This document shows positions 20,391 through 30,332 of a DNA stretch of 64,000 nucleotides, one piece after another. A program made the position numbers and the translations under genes. How positions within the stretch are numbered: position 1 is the stretch's first letter; each line of letters begins with the position of its first letter. The notes beneath the pieces are model-generated. The model was not told the origin of the DNA. It did no database searches and saw only the letters and a program-made list of their open reading frames with translations. Source of the DNA: an uncultured Planctomycetota bacterium. GTDB lineage: Bacteria > Planctomycetota > Planctomycetia > Isosphaerales > Isosphaeraceae. The stretch lies in the NCBI GenBank assembly GCA_963845755.1, contig CAWJTV010000029.1, forward strand, positions 320,001 through 384,000, in the 5' to 3' direction.

Positions 20391-20667
20391 CGCGGCCTTC
20401 GGCTGCAACCGAGAGAGGGATTCCGGATTCGCGATTCCGGATTCCGGATGACGAACGTATCCGGAATCTCGAATCCGGAATCCGGAATCCACGATCCCTC
20501 ACATGCGCGCACGGCGCAGGGATCAGATTCCAACGCGGCCTTCGGACGCAACCAACACGAGGGATTCCCGATTCGAGATTCCGGATTCCGGATGACGAAC
20601 GTATCCGGAATCTCGAATCCGGAATCCGGAATCCACGATCCCCCGATGCGCGTACGGCGCAGGGATC
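20391..20667. repeat. two tandem copies (period 143 bp) of a palindromic unit built from GATTCCG/CGGAATC heptamers
   Basis: 20391-20524 and 20534-20667 share cgcggccttcgg..gcaacc..gattccggattccggatgacgaacgtatccggaatctcgaatccggaatccggaatccacgatccc. Confidence 0.9.
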
Positions 20668-20885
20668 CTCCGGAGGAAGACTCCAAAAAAAGCGACTGGC
20701 TCAGGACTTGCTCTGGGAGGATCGTATGTGAGGGATCCCGATGAGAACCCTCTTCCAGATAATCCCTATAATCCCCGTAATTATCACAATACCCCGACTT
20801 TACCCAGTAAGATTAGTTTTGGTGATCCCACTCCCTTCTCCATTTTGTGATAGACTGGAGCAACTCCCAACGAAGAGGTGCATCC

Positions 20886-21152
20886 ATGAGTTGGACAACG
20901 AGAGAGACACGCACGACGAACCCGACGGAGCAGGTTCCCAGCGAGCTGGTGGTGTTGAAGGAGCGGATTCAGGGGCAGCCGCCGCGGGTTCGCGCCGAGC
21001 TCGAGCCACTCATCGACGAGGTGATGGAACATGCGATGTTCCGGAACCGGGTCATGCTCATCGCGCGGGATGCGCTCCAGCAGTTCCGGCTCGACCTGAA
21101 TTCGCTCCGCTTCGACCTCGAGGTCACGCGGAGGGAACGGCGGTCAGACTGA
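20886..21152 (+). CDS. small helical/coiled-coil hypothetical protein
   Basis: GAGGT before the ATG. C-terminal DALQQFRLDLNSLRFDLEVTRRER resembles a small planctomycete protein family as I recall it. Confidence 0.7.
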   Translation: MSWTTRETRTTNPTEQVPSELVVLKERIQGQPPRVRAELEPLIDEVMEHAMFRNRVMLIARDALQQFRLDLNSLRFDLEVTRRERRSD

Positions 21153-21310
21153 GCGTGCATGAGATGACGTTCTGTTGTAAAGTGCTCCGTGAGCACCGAT
21201 GGTTTCGACGTGGGCGTTCGTTGCTCCCAGAGTACCCTTCATCGCACGATGTCGGCGTCGCGGTGGGTCTCCATCCCACTTAGAAATTGTCCGAGACGCG
21301 GATCCGGGGT

Positions 21311-21374
21311 TTGTCGGGTGGGTGAAACCCACCAGAATCGGGACACGTCCTGGTGGGTTTCACCCACCCTACAA
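21311..21374. repeat. GTAG-type REP doublet
   Basis: ttgtcgggtgggtgaaacccaccag and ctggtgggtttcacccaccctacaa form an inverted pair. Confidence 0.85.
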
Positions 21375-21390
21375 GATTCTCGGATGGTTT

Positions 21391-22422
21391 CTAACGCCCC
21401 GTGCGGCGCGGTAGCGCCAGCCAGGCCGTGATCACCCGGCCGACTTCGGCCAGGCTCTCGGCCGAGCAGTTCTCGGGGAGGTCATCCGCCTTGTGCCAGA
21501 AGGGGTAGTCGAAGTCGATGAGGTCGATCGTCGGAATGCCCGCGTCGTTGAGCGGGAGATGGTCGTCGAGCACTTCGCGACCGGCATCGTCGTGGAACGA
21601 CCGGGCATTGATCTGGTGCGCGACGGTCCAGACTTCGCGAACTAACCTGGGTGCCAGGAGCACACTGTTGGGCTCGCGCTTGATCGCGAGGTCCCGGCCG
21701 CCGACCATGTCCAGGACCATGCCGGCGGCGTATTTCGTCTTGTTCCCCCTCCGCTCGCGCTGCCGGGCATAGGCCCGTGCGAACGCCTTGGAGCCGAGGA
21801 AATACTCGCCCTGGCGGGGCCTGTCGCCAAAGACCAGTTCCTCGCCATCGAGGAGGACGAGGTCAACGCCCCAGGGCGTTTCTAGCTTGTCCAGATGATG
21901 GGCGAGTTCCATCATCAGGGCGACGCCCGAACCCCCATCGTTGGCGCCCAGGAACGGCTGATTCATCTTTTTGGGGTCGTTTTCCTGATCGGCCTGGGGC
22001 CGCGTATCATAGTGGGCGGCGATGATCACGCGCTGTGGCCGATCGGGATGCCAGGCGCCGATGAGGTTGACCATGTCCACGCGCTTGCCGGTCAGGGGAT
22101 GGATCGCCTGGAACGGCTGCTCCCGGACCTCTCCCCCCATCTTCTTGAAGTGTTCGGCGACCAGCTTACGCTGGCGGGTGTTGGCCTCCGATCCCGCGAT
22201 CCGCGGCCCGATCTCGCAGATCTTCTTCAAGTAGTCGTAGGCGCGCTTGCCATCGATGGGAGCTGGTGGCGGTGCAAACATGGCTGCGCTGGCCTCCGAG
22301 GAGCGGAATCGCTGGATCGCCATCCAGATCGAACCGGTCAAGACCGAGGCGAGGATGGGTGCGAGGCCCAGCCCGATGATCATCTTCCAGTCGTTCCAAT
22401 GCGGGATGACACGCCTTCCCAT
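21391..22422 (-). CDS. M28 family zinc peptidase / glutaminyl cyclase-like, membrane anchored
   Basis: AAHYDTRP, GANDGGSGVA, LLDGEE, LDMVG, DDHLP and WHKADD. N-terminal TM segment. The upstream ORF extension runs through REP repeats. Confidence 0.9.
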   Translation of the reverse strand: MGRRVIPHWNDWKMIIGLGLAPILASVLTGSIWMAIQRFRSSEASAAMFAPPPAPIDGKRAYDYLKKICEIGPRIAGSEANTRQRKLVAEHFKKMGGEVREQPFQAIHPLTGKRVDMVNLIGAWHPDRPQRVIIAAHYDTRPQADQENDPKKMNQPFLGANDGGSGVALMMELAHHLDKLETPWGVDLVLLDGEELVFGDRPRQGEYFLGSKAFARAYARQRERRGNKTKYAAGMVLDMVGGRDLAIKREPNSVLLAPRLVREVWTVAHQINARSFHDDAGREVLDDHLPLNDAGIPTIDLIDFDYPFWHKADDLPENCSAESLAEVGRVITAWLALPRRTGR

Positions 22423-22466
22423 GAGTTCGACTCCGTGAAGATGACGCGCTCGCGAAATCCAGAATT

Positions 22467-22609
22467 TGTAGGGTGGGTGAAACCCACCAGGATCGGGGGT
22501 ACTTCTATTGGTGGGTGAAACCACCCTTACAGGGGTCTCGGATCGTGTCTTAGTGGGTGGAACCCACCGGGATCGGGCCACTTCATTGGTGGGTTTCACC
22601 CACCCTACA
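22467..22609. repeat. GTAG-type REP cluster (4 units)
   Basis: tgtagggtgggtgaaacccaccag ... ggtgggtttcacccaccctaca with two degenerate internal units. Confidence 0.85.
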
Positions 22610-22614
22610 GTATC

Positions 22615-23198
22615 TCAATTCAACAATCGGGGATAGGTCCGCAGCAACGTGACGAGTCGTTCCAGTGGCAGGCCCACCACGTTCGAGAAGCTTCCGTTGA
22701 CGACGGAGACGAACGGGTCCCGATCCTGCACGCCGTAGCCGCCCGACTTCCCTTCCCAACGGCACGAGTCGAGATAGGCGTCGCGTTCGCGATCGGTCAG
22801 CGGCTTGAAGCGAACGACGCTGATCTCGACGGCGCCGACCCATTCCTCCCGGGCCGCCCGGTAGAGACAGAGCCCGGTGATCACCTCGGTGTCGCGCCCT
22901 TCCTGGAGCCGGATCATCCGCTCGGCGTCGGCGCGATCGAGGGGCTTATTGAGGATCTCGCCGGCCACGGAACAGACCGTATCGGCCCCGAGGATCAGGC
23001 CCTCTCCGCGCCGTCGTGCCACCGCGGCCGCTTTTCGCCAGGCGAGCTGTGCGGCGTGTTCGGACGCGGATTCTCCCGGCTGCGGAGGCGGCTCCGCGAC
23101 ATTCGACGCCTCGATCTCGAAGAGATAACCGGCCTCTTCGAGCAACTGACGACGCCTCGGCGACGCGCTGGCCAGGATCAGAGACGGTTTCCGGTCAT
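22615..23198 (-). CDS. maf: Maf-family nucleoside triphosphate pyrophosphatase (frameshift just after the start)
   Basis: LILASASPRRRQLL, ILGADTV, ILNKP, GKSGGYGVQ and NVVGLP. Confidence 0.9.
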
Positions 23199-23435
23199 GA
23201 TTGGTTTCGATGAGCCGACGCCCTCAACACCTCCTGGTCGGATCCTCGGAATCCTGATGGTATCGTCACTAGACCCTTGCCAACAAGCCGGAAAGCCGCC
23301 AGCCTGAGAATCACTTGCGGTGTCCGCACTCAGTCGATCGATCGCGCCGGAAGGAGCTTCCCCATGCCGCGTCTCCCCGCATTCCTCGTTGGCTGCCGCG
23401 AGCACCTCACCCATGGGTTGCAGACGACCTCCCGC

Positions 23436-23666
23436 GGCCCAGCGGGCCGCCGGAGCCCAGCGCGGGGTGAAACCCCGGGCGCGATCGCCCCACCCTTTCG
23501 CTGCACCCTGAAGGGGTGCGGGAGGGCGCTCCTGCGGCCCTTCAGGCCGCTGGACGGGATGGCGTCCGCCGGGTTCCCGGGGTTTCACCCCGGGCTGGGC
23601 TCCTGCGGCCCTTCGGGCCACCGCAATCGCCTCCTAACTCGTTCCCACGCCCCGCGTGGGAACGAG
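23436..23666. repeat. palindromic REP-like element (23436-23619) plus short CTCGTTCCCACG hairpin (23638-23666)
   Basis: ggggtgaaaccccggg/cccggggtttcacccc and ggagcccag/ctgggctcc arms. Same nested architecture as 14768-14964. Confidence 0.8.
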
Positions 23667-23709
23667 GGGAAAACAGACACCTCGGGCTGGTATCGGGGCG
23701 GTTCGAGCG

Positions 23710-26700
23710 TGTCCTGTGGGTAACCCGAACGTTAGGCGTTCTTGGACTGCTGCTCGCCCTGGTGCTGGGCTCGCCCGCCATCGCCGCCCCACCCGACGGC
23801 AACCGCCTCGCCTATCTCGACGAGGTGAATCCCTATTACCCACACCGCGACTTCCCCAAGCTGATCACCCCCCAGTGGGCGGGCGAGCCGGGGGTCGAGG
23901 CGGTCGTGGTGCTGGCGATCGACGACATGCGCGACCCCGCGCGCTATCGAGCGCGTTCTGCGGCCGATCCTCGACCGGCTCAAAAAGATCGACGGGCGAG
24001 CGCCGGTGAGCATCATGACGAACCAGGTCAAGCCGGACGATCCGAAGCTCCAGGCGTGGCTCAAGGAAGGGTTGTCGATCGAGTGTCATACGTTGACACA
24101 CCCCTGCCCTCTGCTGGCGAAGGGAGACTTCGCCGAGGCGGCCCGTACCTACCATGAGTGCGTCAACTTGATGAGCAAGATCCCCGGCAACATGCCGGTC
24201 GCTTTTCGGATGCCGTGCTGCGACTCGATCAACAGCGTGAGCCCCCGCTTCTTCGCCGAGATCTTCAACAAGACCAGTCCCGGCGGGAAGTTCCTCTCGA
24301 TCGATTCGTCGGTCTTCACGGTGCTCACGCCGGATGATCCCAGCCTGCCTCGCGAGCTGGTCTTCGACAAGGATGGCAAGGAGCGGTTCCGCAAGTACAT
24401 CCCGTTCCCGTCGTTCGTCAACACGATCGAGAACTACCCATATCCCTACGTCATCGGCCGGATGTGCTGGGAGTTCCCCTGCATCGTCCCCGACGACTGG
24501 GTCGGGCAGAACCTCAACAAGCCGAACAATCCCCAGACGCTCGAGGACATGAAGGCCGCGCTCGACTGCGTCGTCCTCAAGCGGGGGGTCTTCAACCTCG
24601 TCTTCCACCCGCATGGCTGGATCAAGCCTGACCAAGTGGTTGAGCTGATCGATCATGCCGTGGCGAAGCACGGTAAGAAGGTGAAGTTCCTGACGTTCAA
24701 AGAGGCGATTGAGCGGCTGAACAAGAACCTGCTGCTCAATCAGCCTCTGCGTGCCGAAAACGGTAAGGACCAAGGCGGCGCGACGTTGCTCGATACAAAC
24801 GGCGATGGTTATCTCGACATCGTCAATAATGACAATCAGGGCGTTCACACCCGGAACTGGGTGCGGGCTGAAGGTGTCTGGAAGGAAACCTCCACGATCC
24901 CGGGATTGCCGGGACGTGGCGAGAAGAATGCCATTCTCTTTCTGCCGATGGACAATGGGACCGTCAACGTCACCTATCTGAGGGCCCACCCGCTCCTCGT
25001 AAGAACACGCCTGATCGACATCGACGGTGATGGCTTCGCCGAACTCATCACGCCTGGATTCGAGTCCAGCATCACACCAGGAGTGGCGCTGAGCCCGGTG
25101 CCTGCATTGCTTCATGAGCCTCCCCGTCCTGTTACCTTCGCACCACCATTCGGACTACCATCGGGCGCCCGGCTCCTCGACGACAAGGCCCGTGACGCCG
25201 GTCTCCGATTCGTCAACCTGGATGAAGACGGCCAACTGGACGTTGTGTTTTCGAACGATCGGGAATACGGCGTCTACCTCTTCGAATCGAAGAAAACAGG
25301 CTGGACTCGGAAAGTCATGGCCGGCAAGGCCGGCGAGTCTGGCGCCTTGCCGAAGATCGCCCGCGACGGCACCAACAACGGCTTCTTCGTCCATTCGCGA
25401 CACCTCTGGTGGCAGAACGAAGACACCGCCAAGCTGCCGGATCTCGTCGATCGCCGCTCATTCAACGACCTACTGAAAAACGTCGAGCCTCGGGGCAAGA
25501 ATCCCGCGGCGGCCCTCAAGTCGATTCGGGTCGAACCTGGATTCCAGGTTGAGCCGGTCGCGATCGAGCCATTAGTCAAGGACCCGATCGCCTTCGAATG
25601 GGGCGCCGACGGCAAGCTCTGGGTCGTCGAGATGGGGGATTACCCGCTCGGTATCGATGGCAAGGGGAAACACGGCGGAGTGGTCCGATATCTGGAAGAC
25701 ACCAATGGCGACGGCCGGTACGACAAGCAGACGACCTTCCTGGAAGGACTCGGTTTTCCGACCGGCGTGATGCCCTGGCGAAAGGGAATCCTCGTCTCCT
25801 GTGCCCCCGAGATCTTCTATGCCGAGGACCGCGACGGTGACGGCAAGGCCGATCATAAGGAAGTGCTCTTCACGGGGTTCGTTGAAGGGAATCAGCAGCA
25901 TCGGCTCAACGGCTTCGAGCTGGGCCTGGACGGCTGGATCTACGGGGCCAATGGCGACAGCGGCGGCACGGTCCGGTCGCACAAGACCGGCAAGGTGACG
26001 CGGATCAGCGGGCGCGACTTTCGCTTCCGGCCGGATACCGGGGAGTTCGAGGCCGAGAGCGGCCAGACGCAGTACGGCCGACATCGTGACGACTGGGGCC
26101 GCTGGTTCGGCAACAACAATCCCAACTGGGGATGGCATTTCGTTCTCTCCGACCAGGACCTCAGGCGTAACCCGCATTATGCCGCCCCCGACCCGAAGCA
26201 CACGCTCGAGGCCCAGACCCGCTGCTATCCCGTCAGCCGCACGGTCGCCCGGTTCAACGACCTGTATGCGGCCAACCACGTGACCTCGGCCAATAGCCCG
26301 ACTCCTTATCGCGACGAGCTGTTCGGCCCGTGGTTTGCCACGAGCCTGTTCGTCAGCGAGCCCGTCCATAACCTGGTGCACCGGATGGTGCTCGAACCGG
26401 ATGGTGTGACCTTCCGCGGGCGTCGTGGCCCCAACGAGTCTGGCCGCGAGTTCCTGGCCTCCAGCGACAACTGGTTCCGTCCGACGATGCTCAAGACCGG
26501 CCCGGACGGTGCGCTCTGGGTCGCCGATATGTATCGCCAGACCATCGAACATCCCGAGTGGATTCCCGACGACTGGGAGAAGCGCCTGGACCTTCGCGCC
26601 GGTAGCGAAGAAGGGCGGATCTATCGCGTCTACCCCGTGGACACGAAGCCTCGCCCCATCCCCCGCCTGGATGGCCTCGATACATCGGGCCTGGTCGCCG

Positions 26701-28311
26701 CGATGGACAGCCCCAGCGGCTGGCAGCGCGATACGGCCCAGCGATTGCTCCTGCATCGTGGTGGCTCGGAAGCATTCGCGATGCTTCGTGCCCTGGTGAA
26801 GAACACGACTCGCCCCAAGACGCGGGTCCAGGCGATCTGGACGCTCGCCGATCTGGGCGGGCTCGATGAACCCACCGCACTGGCCGGCCTGACGGATCCC
26901 GAGCCCCTGGTCCGGGAGAGCGTGATCGCGACGGTCAAGCCGCTGATGAAGCGCTCGGAGAAGGTGGCGGAGGGTGTTGTGCGACTTATCGGCGATCCCC
27001 AACCGCGCGTCCGGTTCCAGGTCGCACTGGCGATGGGCGAGTGGGACGACCATCGCGCGGGTGAGGCGCTCGCCCGGCTGGCGCGACGGGACGGGAACGA
27101 CTCGTGGATGTGCGCGGCGATCCTGAGCTCGTCGGTACCGCACGTGCCGACGCTCCTGGCCGAGTTGCTGGGCCGCGACGAGGCCGGAACACCGCCGCCC
27201 GAGGCGATAGTCGAACCGTTACTGGAAGTCGCCGGCGCCATGCCGGGCAGCGGCTTGAACGAGGCCGTCGCCCGTACGATTGGCAAGCCCGCCGGGACGG
27301 CGGAGCGGTATGCGCCCTGGCAGTTCGCCGCGATGGCGGGCCTGCTCGGGGCTCGCGAGCGGTCGAAGAGGCCGTTGTCGCTCGATCTGGACAAGCCGTT
27401 CGCAGGGTTGTGGGCGGCTGCACGCGGGCTCGTCAAGGACGATCAGGCCCCCGCGGCTGAGCGACTCGCCGCCGTGGGCCTGCTGGGCCATGCCGCCGCG
27501 CGGAATCCCGACGATCGCGACCTGCTCGTCCGGACCCTCCGGCCTCAAGTGCCGCTCGAGCTCCAGCAAGCGGCCGTGACCGCCCTGGGTCGGACCACGG
27601 ACGCGAAGGTGCCCGACCTCCTGGTCCACGACTGGAAGAAGCATTCCCCGCAGGTTCGCGGTGCGATCCTCGATGCCCTGATCAGTCGTCGGGCCTGGAC
27701 CGGTCCTCTCCTCTCGTCGCTCGAGGACGGCTGCGTGCCGCCGGCCGAGATCGATTCGGCCCGCCGTCAGCGGCTCCTCACCGTCCGCGATCGCGAGCTG
27801 CGCGCCTGCGCCGAGGCGGTCTTCGCCCACCAGGCCAGGCCTGCGCGAAGCGGTCGTCAACGCCTACCGATCGGCCCTCGGCATGAAGGGCAATCGAGCG
27901 GCGGGCGCGACGGTCTTCCAGAAGGTGTGCGCGTCGTGCCACCGGATGAACGGTACGGGGGTCGAGGTCGGCGCGGATCTGAATACGCTCAACGACAAGG
28001 CGCCCGAGTCGCTGCTCATCGCCATCCTCGATCCCAACCGCGCGTTCGAAGCCAAGTACGCGGCATTCACCGTCGCGACGACCGACGGCCGCGTCTCCAA
28101 CGGCTTGATCGCCAGCGAATCGGCCACGGCTGTGACCCTCCGACGTCAGGACGGCAAGGTTGATGTGATCCTCCGCTCCGACATCGATGAAATGGTCGCC
28201 TCAGGCCAGTCCTTGATGCCCGAAGGGCTCGAGAAAGACCTGACACCCCGTGACCTGGCCGACCTGATCGCGTATCTCGTGTCGAGTCCGGCGGAGCGTC
28301 ATGCCGAGTAA
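23710..28311 (+). CDS. multidomain protein: polysaccharide-deacetylase-like domain, FG-GAP-like repeats, PVC-type membrane-bound dehydrogenase propeller, HEAT repeats, c-type heme domain (frameshifts ~23950 and ~27848; start approximate)
   Basis: Signal peptide. LAIDDM, IECHTLTHP, FRMPCC and VFHPH. DTNGDGYLDI, DIDGDGFAEL and NLDEDGQLDV. EPLVKDPIAFEWGADGKLWVVEMGDYP and DNWFRP. CASCH and SLMPEGLE. Confidence 0.85.
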
Positions 28312-28357
28312 TTCCGCCGGCTTGCCGGACCAACCGTTTTCTTTCGAGTCATCGTCC

Positions 28358-29770
28358 ATGCCCAAATCCACTGATATCCTGCCCGTCGCCGTCGAGCTGT
28401 ATTTCCTGCCGATCAAGACCCGGATGCCGCTGAAGTTCGGTCCGGAGATCACCACGGAGGTCACGTGTGCGCGCGTCAAGATGACGGTCGAGGACCGATC
28501 GGGCCGCCGCGCCGAGGGTTGGGGTGAGACGCCGCTATCGGTCCAGTGGGTCTGGCCGAGTCCGCTGAGCTACGACGAACGGCATGAGGCGTTGAAAAAG
28601 TTGTCTCTCGAGATCGCGGAAGCCTGGGTCTCATTGCCGGGTTCGCCCGGGCACCCCATGGAAGTCGGGAATCAATTCCTCGAGATGGAGCTGCCCCACC
28701 TGGCGAGCACGTTCAATCGATCCCGGCGGGGGGGGGTGGAAGCGGTCCCCTGGCTGGCCGCCCTCGTCTGCAACTCGCCCTTCGACCTGGCGTTTCACGA
28801 CGCGTATGGCGTGCTCCACGACGTGCCGACTTATGAGACGTACAACGCTCAGTATATGAACCTCGACCTCTCCCATTTCCTCCGGCCCGCACCAGGAAAG
28901 GCTGTCACCTTCGATGGTCGATATCCGGAGGAATTCCTGGTCCGTCCCCGCCAGGAGTCGATCCCGGCCTGGCACCTGATCGGCGGCAAGGACCCGGTCG
29001 ACGCGGGGGACCTGACCGGATCGGAACCCGACGACGGCTATCCGGTGTTAGTGCGCGACTGGATCCGCCGCGACGGCCTGAAGTGCCTCAAGGTGAAGCT
29101 TCGCGGCGACGACGACGACTGGGACTACGACCGCCTGCTCAAGGTCGGCCGGATTGCCGTCGAAGAACGTGTGGACTGGCTCACGGCCGATTTCAATTGC
29201 ACGGTCAACGAGCCTGCTTATGTCAATGCGATCCTCGATCGGCTGATCGCCGAACATCCCCGGCTCTACGGGATGCTGCTCTACGTGGAACAACCGTTCC
29301 CGTACGACCTCGAAGAGCATCGGATCGACGTGCACAGCGTCTCGGCGCGGAAGCCCCTGTTCATGGACGAGAGCGCCCACGACTGGCGATTCATCCGGCT
29401 CGGCCGCGAGCTGGGCTGGTCCGGCGTGGCCCTCAAGACCTGCAAGACCCAGACCGGCGCGCTGCTGAGCCTCTGCTGGGCCAAGGCCCATGGCATGACG
29501 CTCATGGTCCAGGACCTGTCCAATCCCATGCTCGCCCAGGTCTCGCACGTCCTCCTGGCGGCTCACGCCGGAACCATCATGGGCGTCGAATCCAACGGCA
29601 TGCAGTTCTACCCGGCGGCTTCGCTCCCCGAAGAAGCCGTTCATCCTGGCCTCTTCCGCCGACGGGACGGGAAACTCGATCTATCTTCGGTCCGAGGACC
29701 CGGGTTTGGGTATCGGGTCGATGAGATCGAACGGGCCTTGCCGGCGCCCGCGTTTTCCAGGTCCCTGTAG
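28358..29770 (+). CDS. enolase superfamily (mandelate racemase/muconate lactonizing enzyme-like) protein
   Basis: KCLKVKL (KxK), metal ligands in TADFN, YVEQP and MDES, and ALKTCK. Confidence 0.85.
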   Translation: MPKSTDILPVAVELYFLPIKTRMPLKFGPEITTEVTCARVKMTVEDRSGRRAEGWGETPLSVQWVWPSPLSYDERHEALKKLSLEIAEAWVSLPGSPGHPMEVGNQFLEMELPHLASTFNRSRRGGVEAVPWLAALVCNSPFDLAFHDAYGVLHDVPTYETYNAQYMNLDLSHFLRPAPGKAVTFDGRYPEEFLVRPRQESIPAWHLIGGKDPVDAGDLTGSEPDDGYPVLVRDWIRRDGLKCLKVKLRGDDDDWDYDRLLKVGRIAVEERVDWLTADFNCTVNEPAYVNAILDRLIAEHPRLYGMLLYVEQPFPYDLEEHRIDVHSVSARKPLFMDESAHDWRFIRLGRELGWSGVALKTCKTQTGALLSLCWAKAHGMTLMVQDLSNPMLAQVSHVLLAAHAGTIMGVESNGMQFYPAASLPEEAVHPGLFRRRDGKLDLSSVRGPGFGYRVDEIERALPAPAFSRSL

Positions 29771-29824
29771 ATTAGCCTTTCCAGCGTCACTGTCTTCCTC
29801 CACGAAAAACGGCTCCGCCTCCTC

Positions 29825-29872
29825 TTGACTCCTCAGACGCGTTGTCTTAGACTGTCATCAGACAGGTTGTCT
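29825..29872 (+). promoter_or_regulatory. sigma70 promoter with two putative BlaI-family operator palindromes
   Basis: TTGACT (29825-30), 17-bp spacer, TAGACT (29848-53). AGACgcgtTGTCT at 29835-47 and AGACAggtTGTCT at 29860-72. Confidence 0.75.
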
Positions 29873-29888
29873 TGGAGAGAGGATTGAC

Positions 29889-30280
29889 ATGAGCCAGCGC
29901 AATCAGGACGTGACCGAGGCTGAGCTGGCGCTGTTGCAGCGCTCTGGGATTCGGGTCCGGCGACGATCCGGCAACTGGTCGAGCGGGTGTACCAGCAAGG
30001 CGGCACATCGGTCTATGCCACGGTCCAGAAGCTGCTCGATCGCCTCGAATCGAAGGGGTGTGTGAGCCGCGACCGGACCGCCACGGTGCACGTCTTCCAG
30101 GCGTCGATCGACCGCGACGAGCTGATCGGCCGGCGCCTGCGGGCGGTCGCCGACTCGCTCTGCGGCGGCTCGCTCTCTCCGCTGTTGACCCATTTGGTGC
30201 AGGGGAAGGAACTCTCCGAAGAGGAGCGCCGCGAGCTCCGTACGCTCATCGATCAGCTCGATCGCAAGGGACGAAGGTAA
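29889..30280 (+). CDS. BlaI/MecI/CopY family transcriptional repressor (frameshift ~29941)
   Basis: MSQRNQDVTEAELALLQ joins LWDSGPATIRQLVERVY..TVQKLLDRLESKG..GGSLSPLLTHLV. Confidence 0.9.
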
Positions 30281-30332
30281 GGCACACAGGTCCATCGGAA
30301 CGACTTCGCGTCAGAACGAAAGGGGTGCGGTC

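Noticed and set aside
20391..20667. Possible CRISPR array
   Set aside because: Only two long units with near-identical interiors, no unique spacers and no cas genes.
22467..22609. Possible mini-CRISPR of ggtgggtgaaacccacc repeats
   Set aside because: The units are degenerate and in both orientations with GTAG ends, which fits REPs.
25572..27143. Long antisense ORFs (also 40229-41656, 58551-59753, 59828-61585 and others)
   Set aside because: These are shadow ORFs opposite well-supported genes, as expected in high-GC DNA, and carry no motifs.
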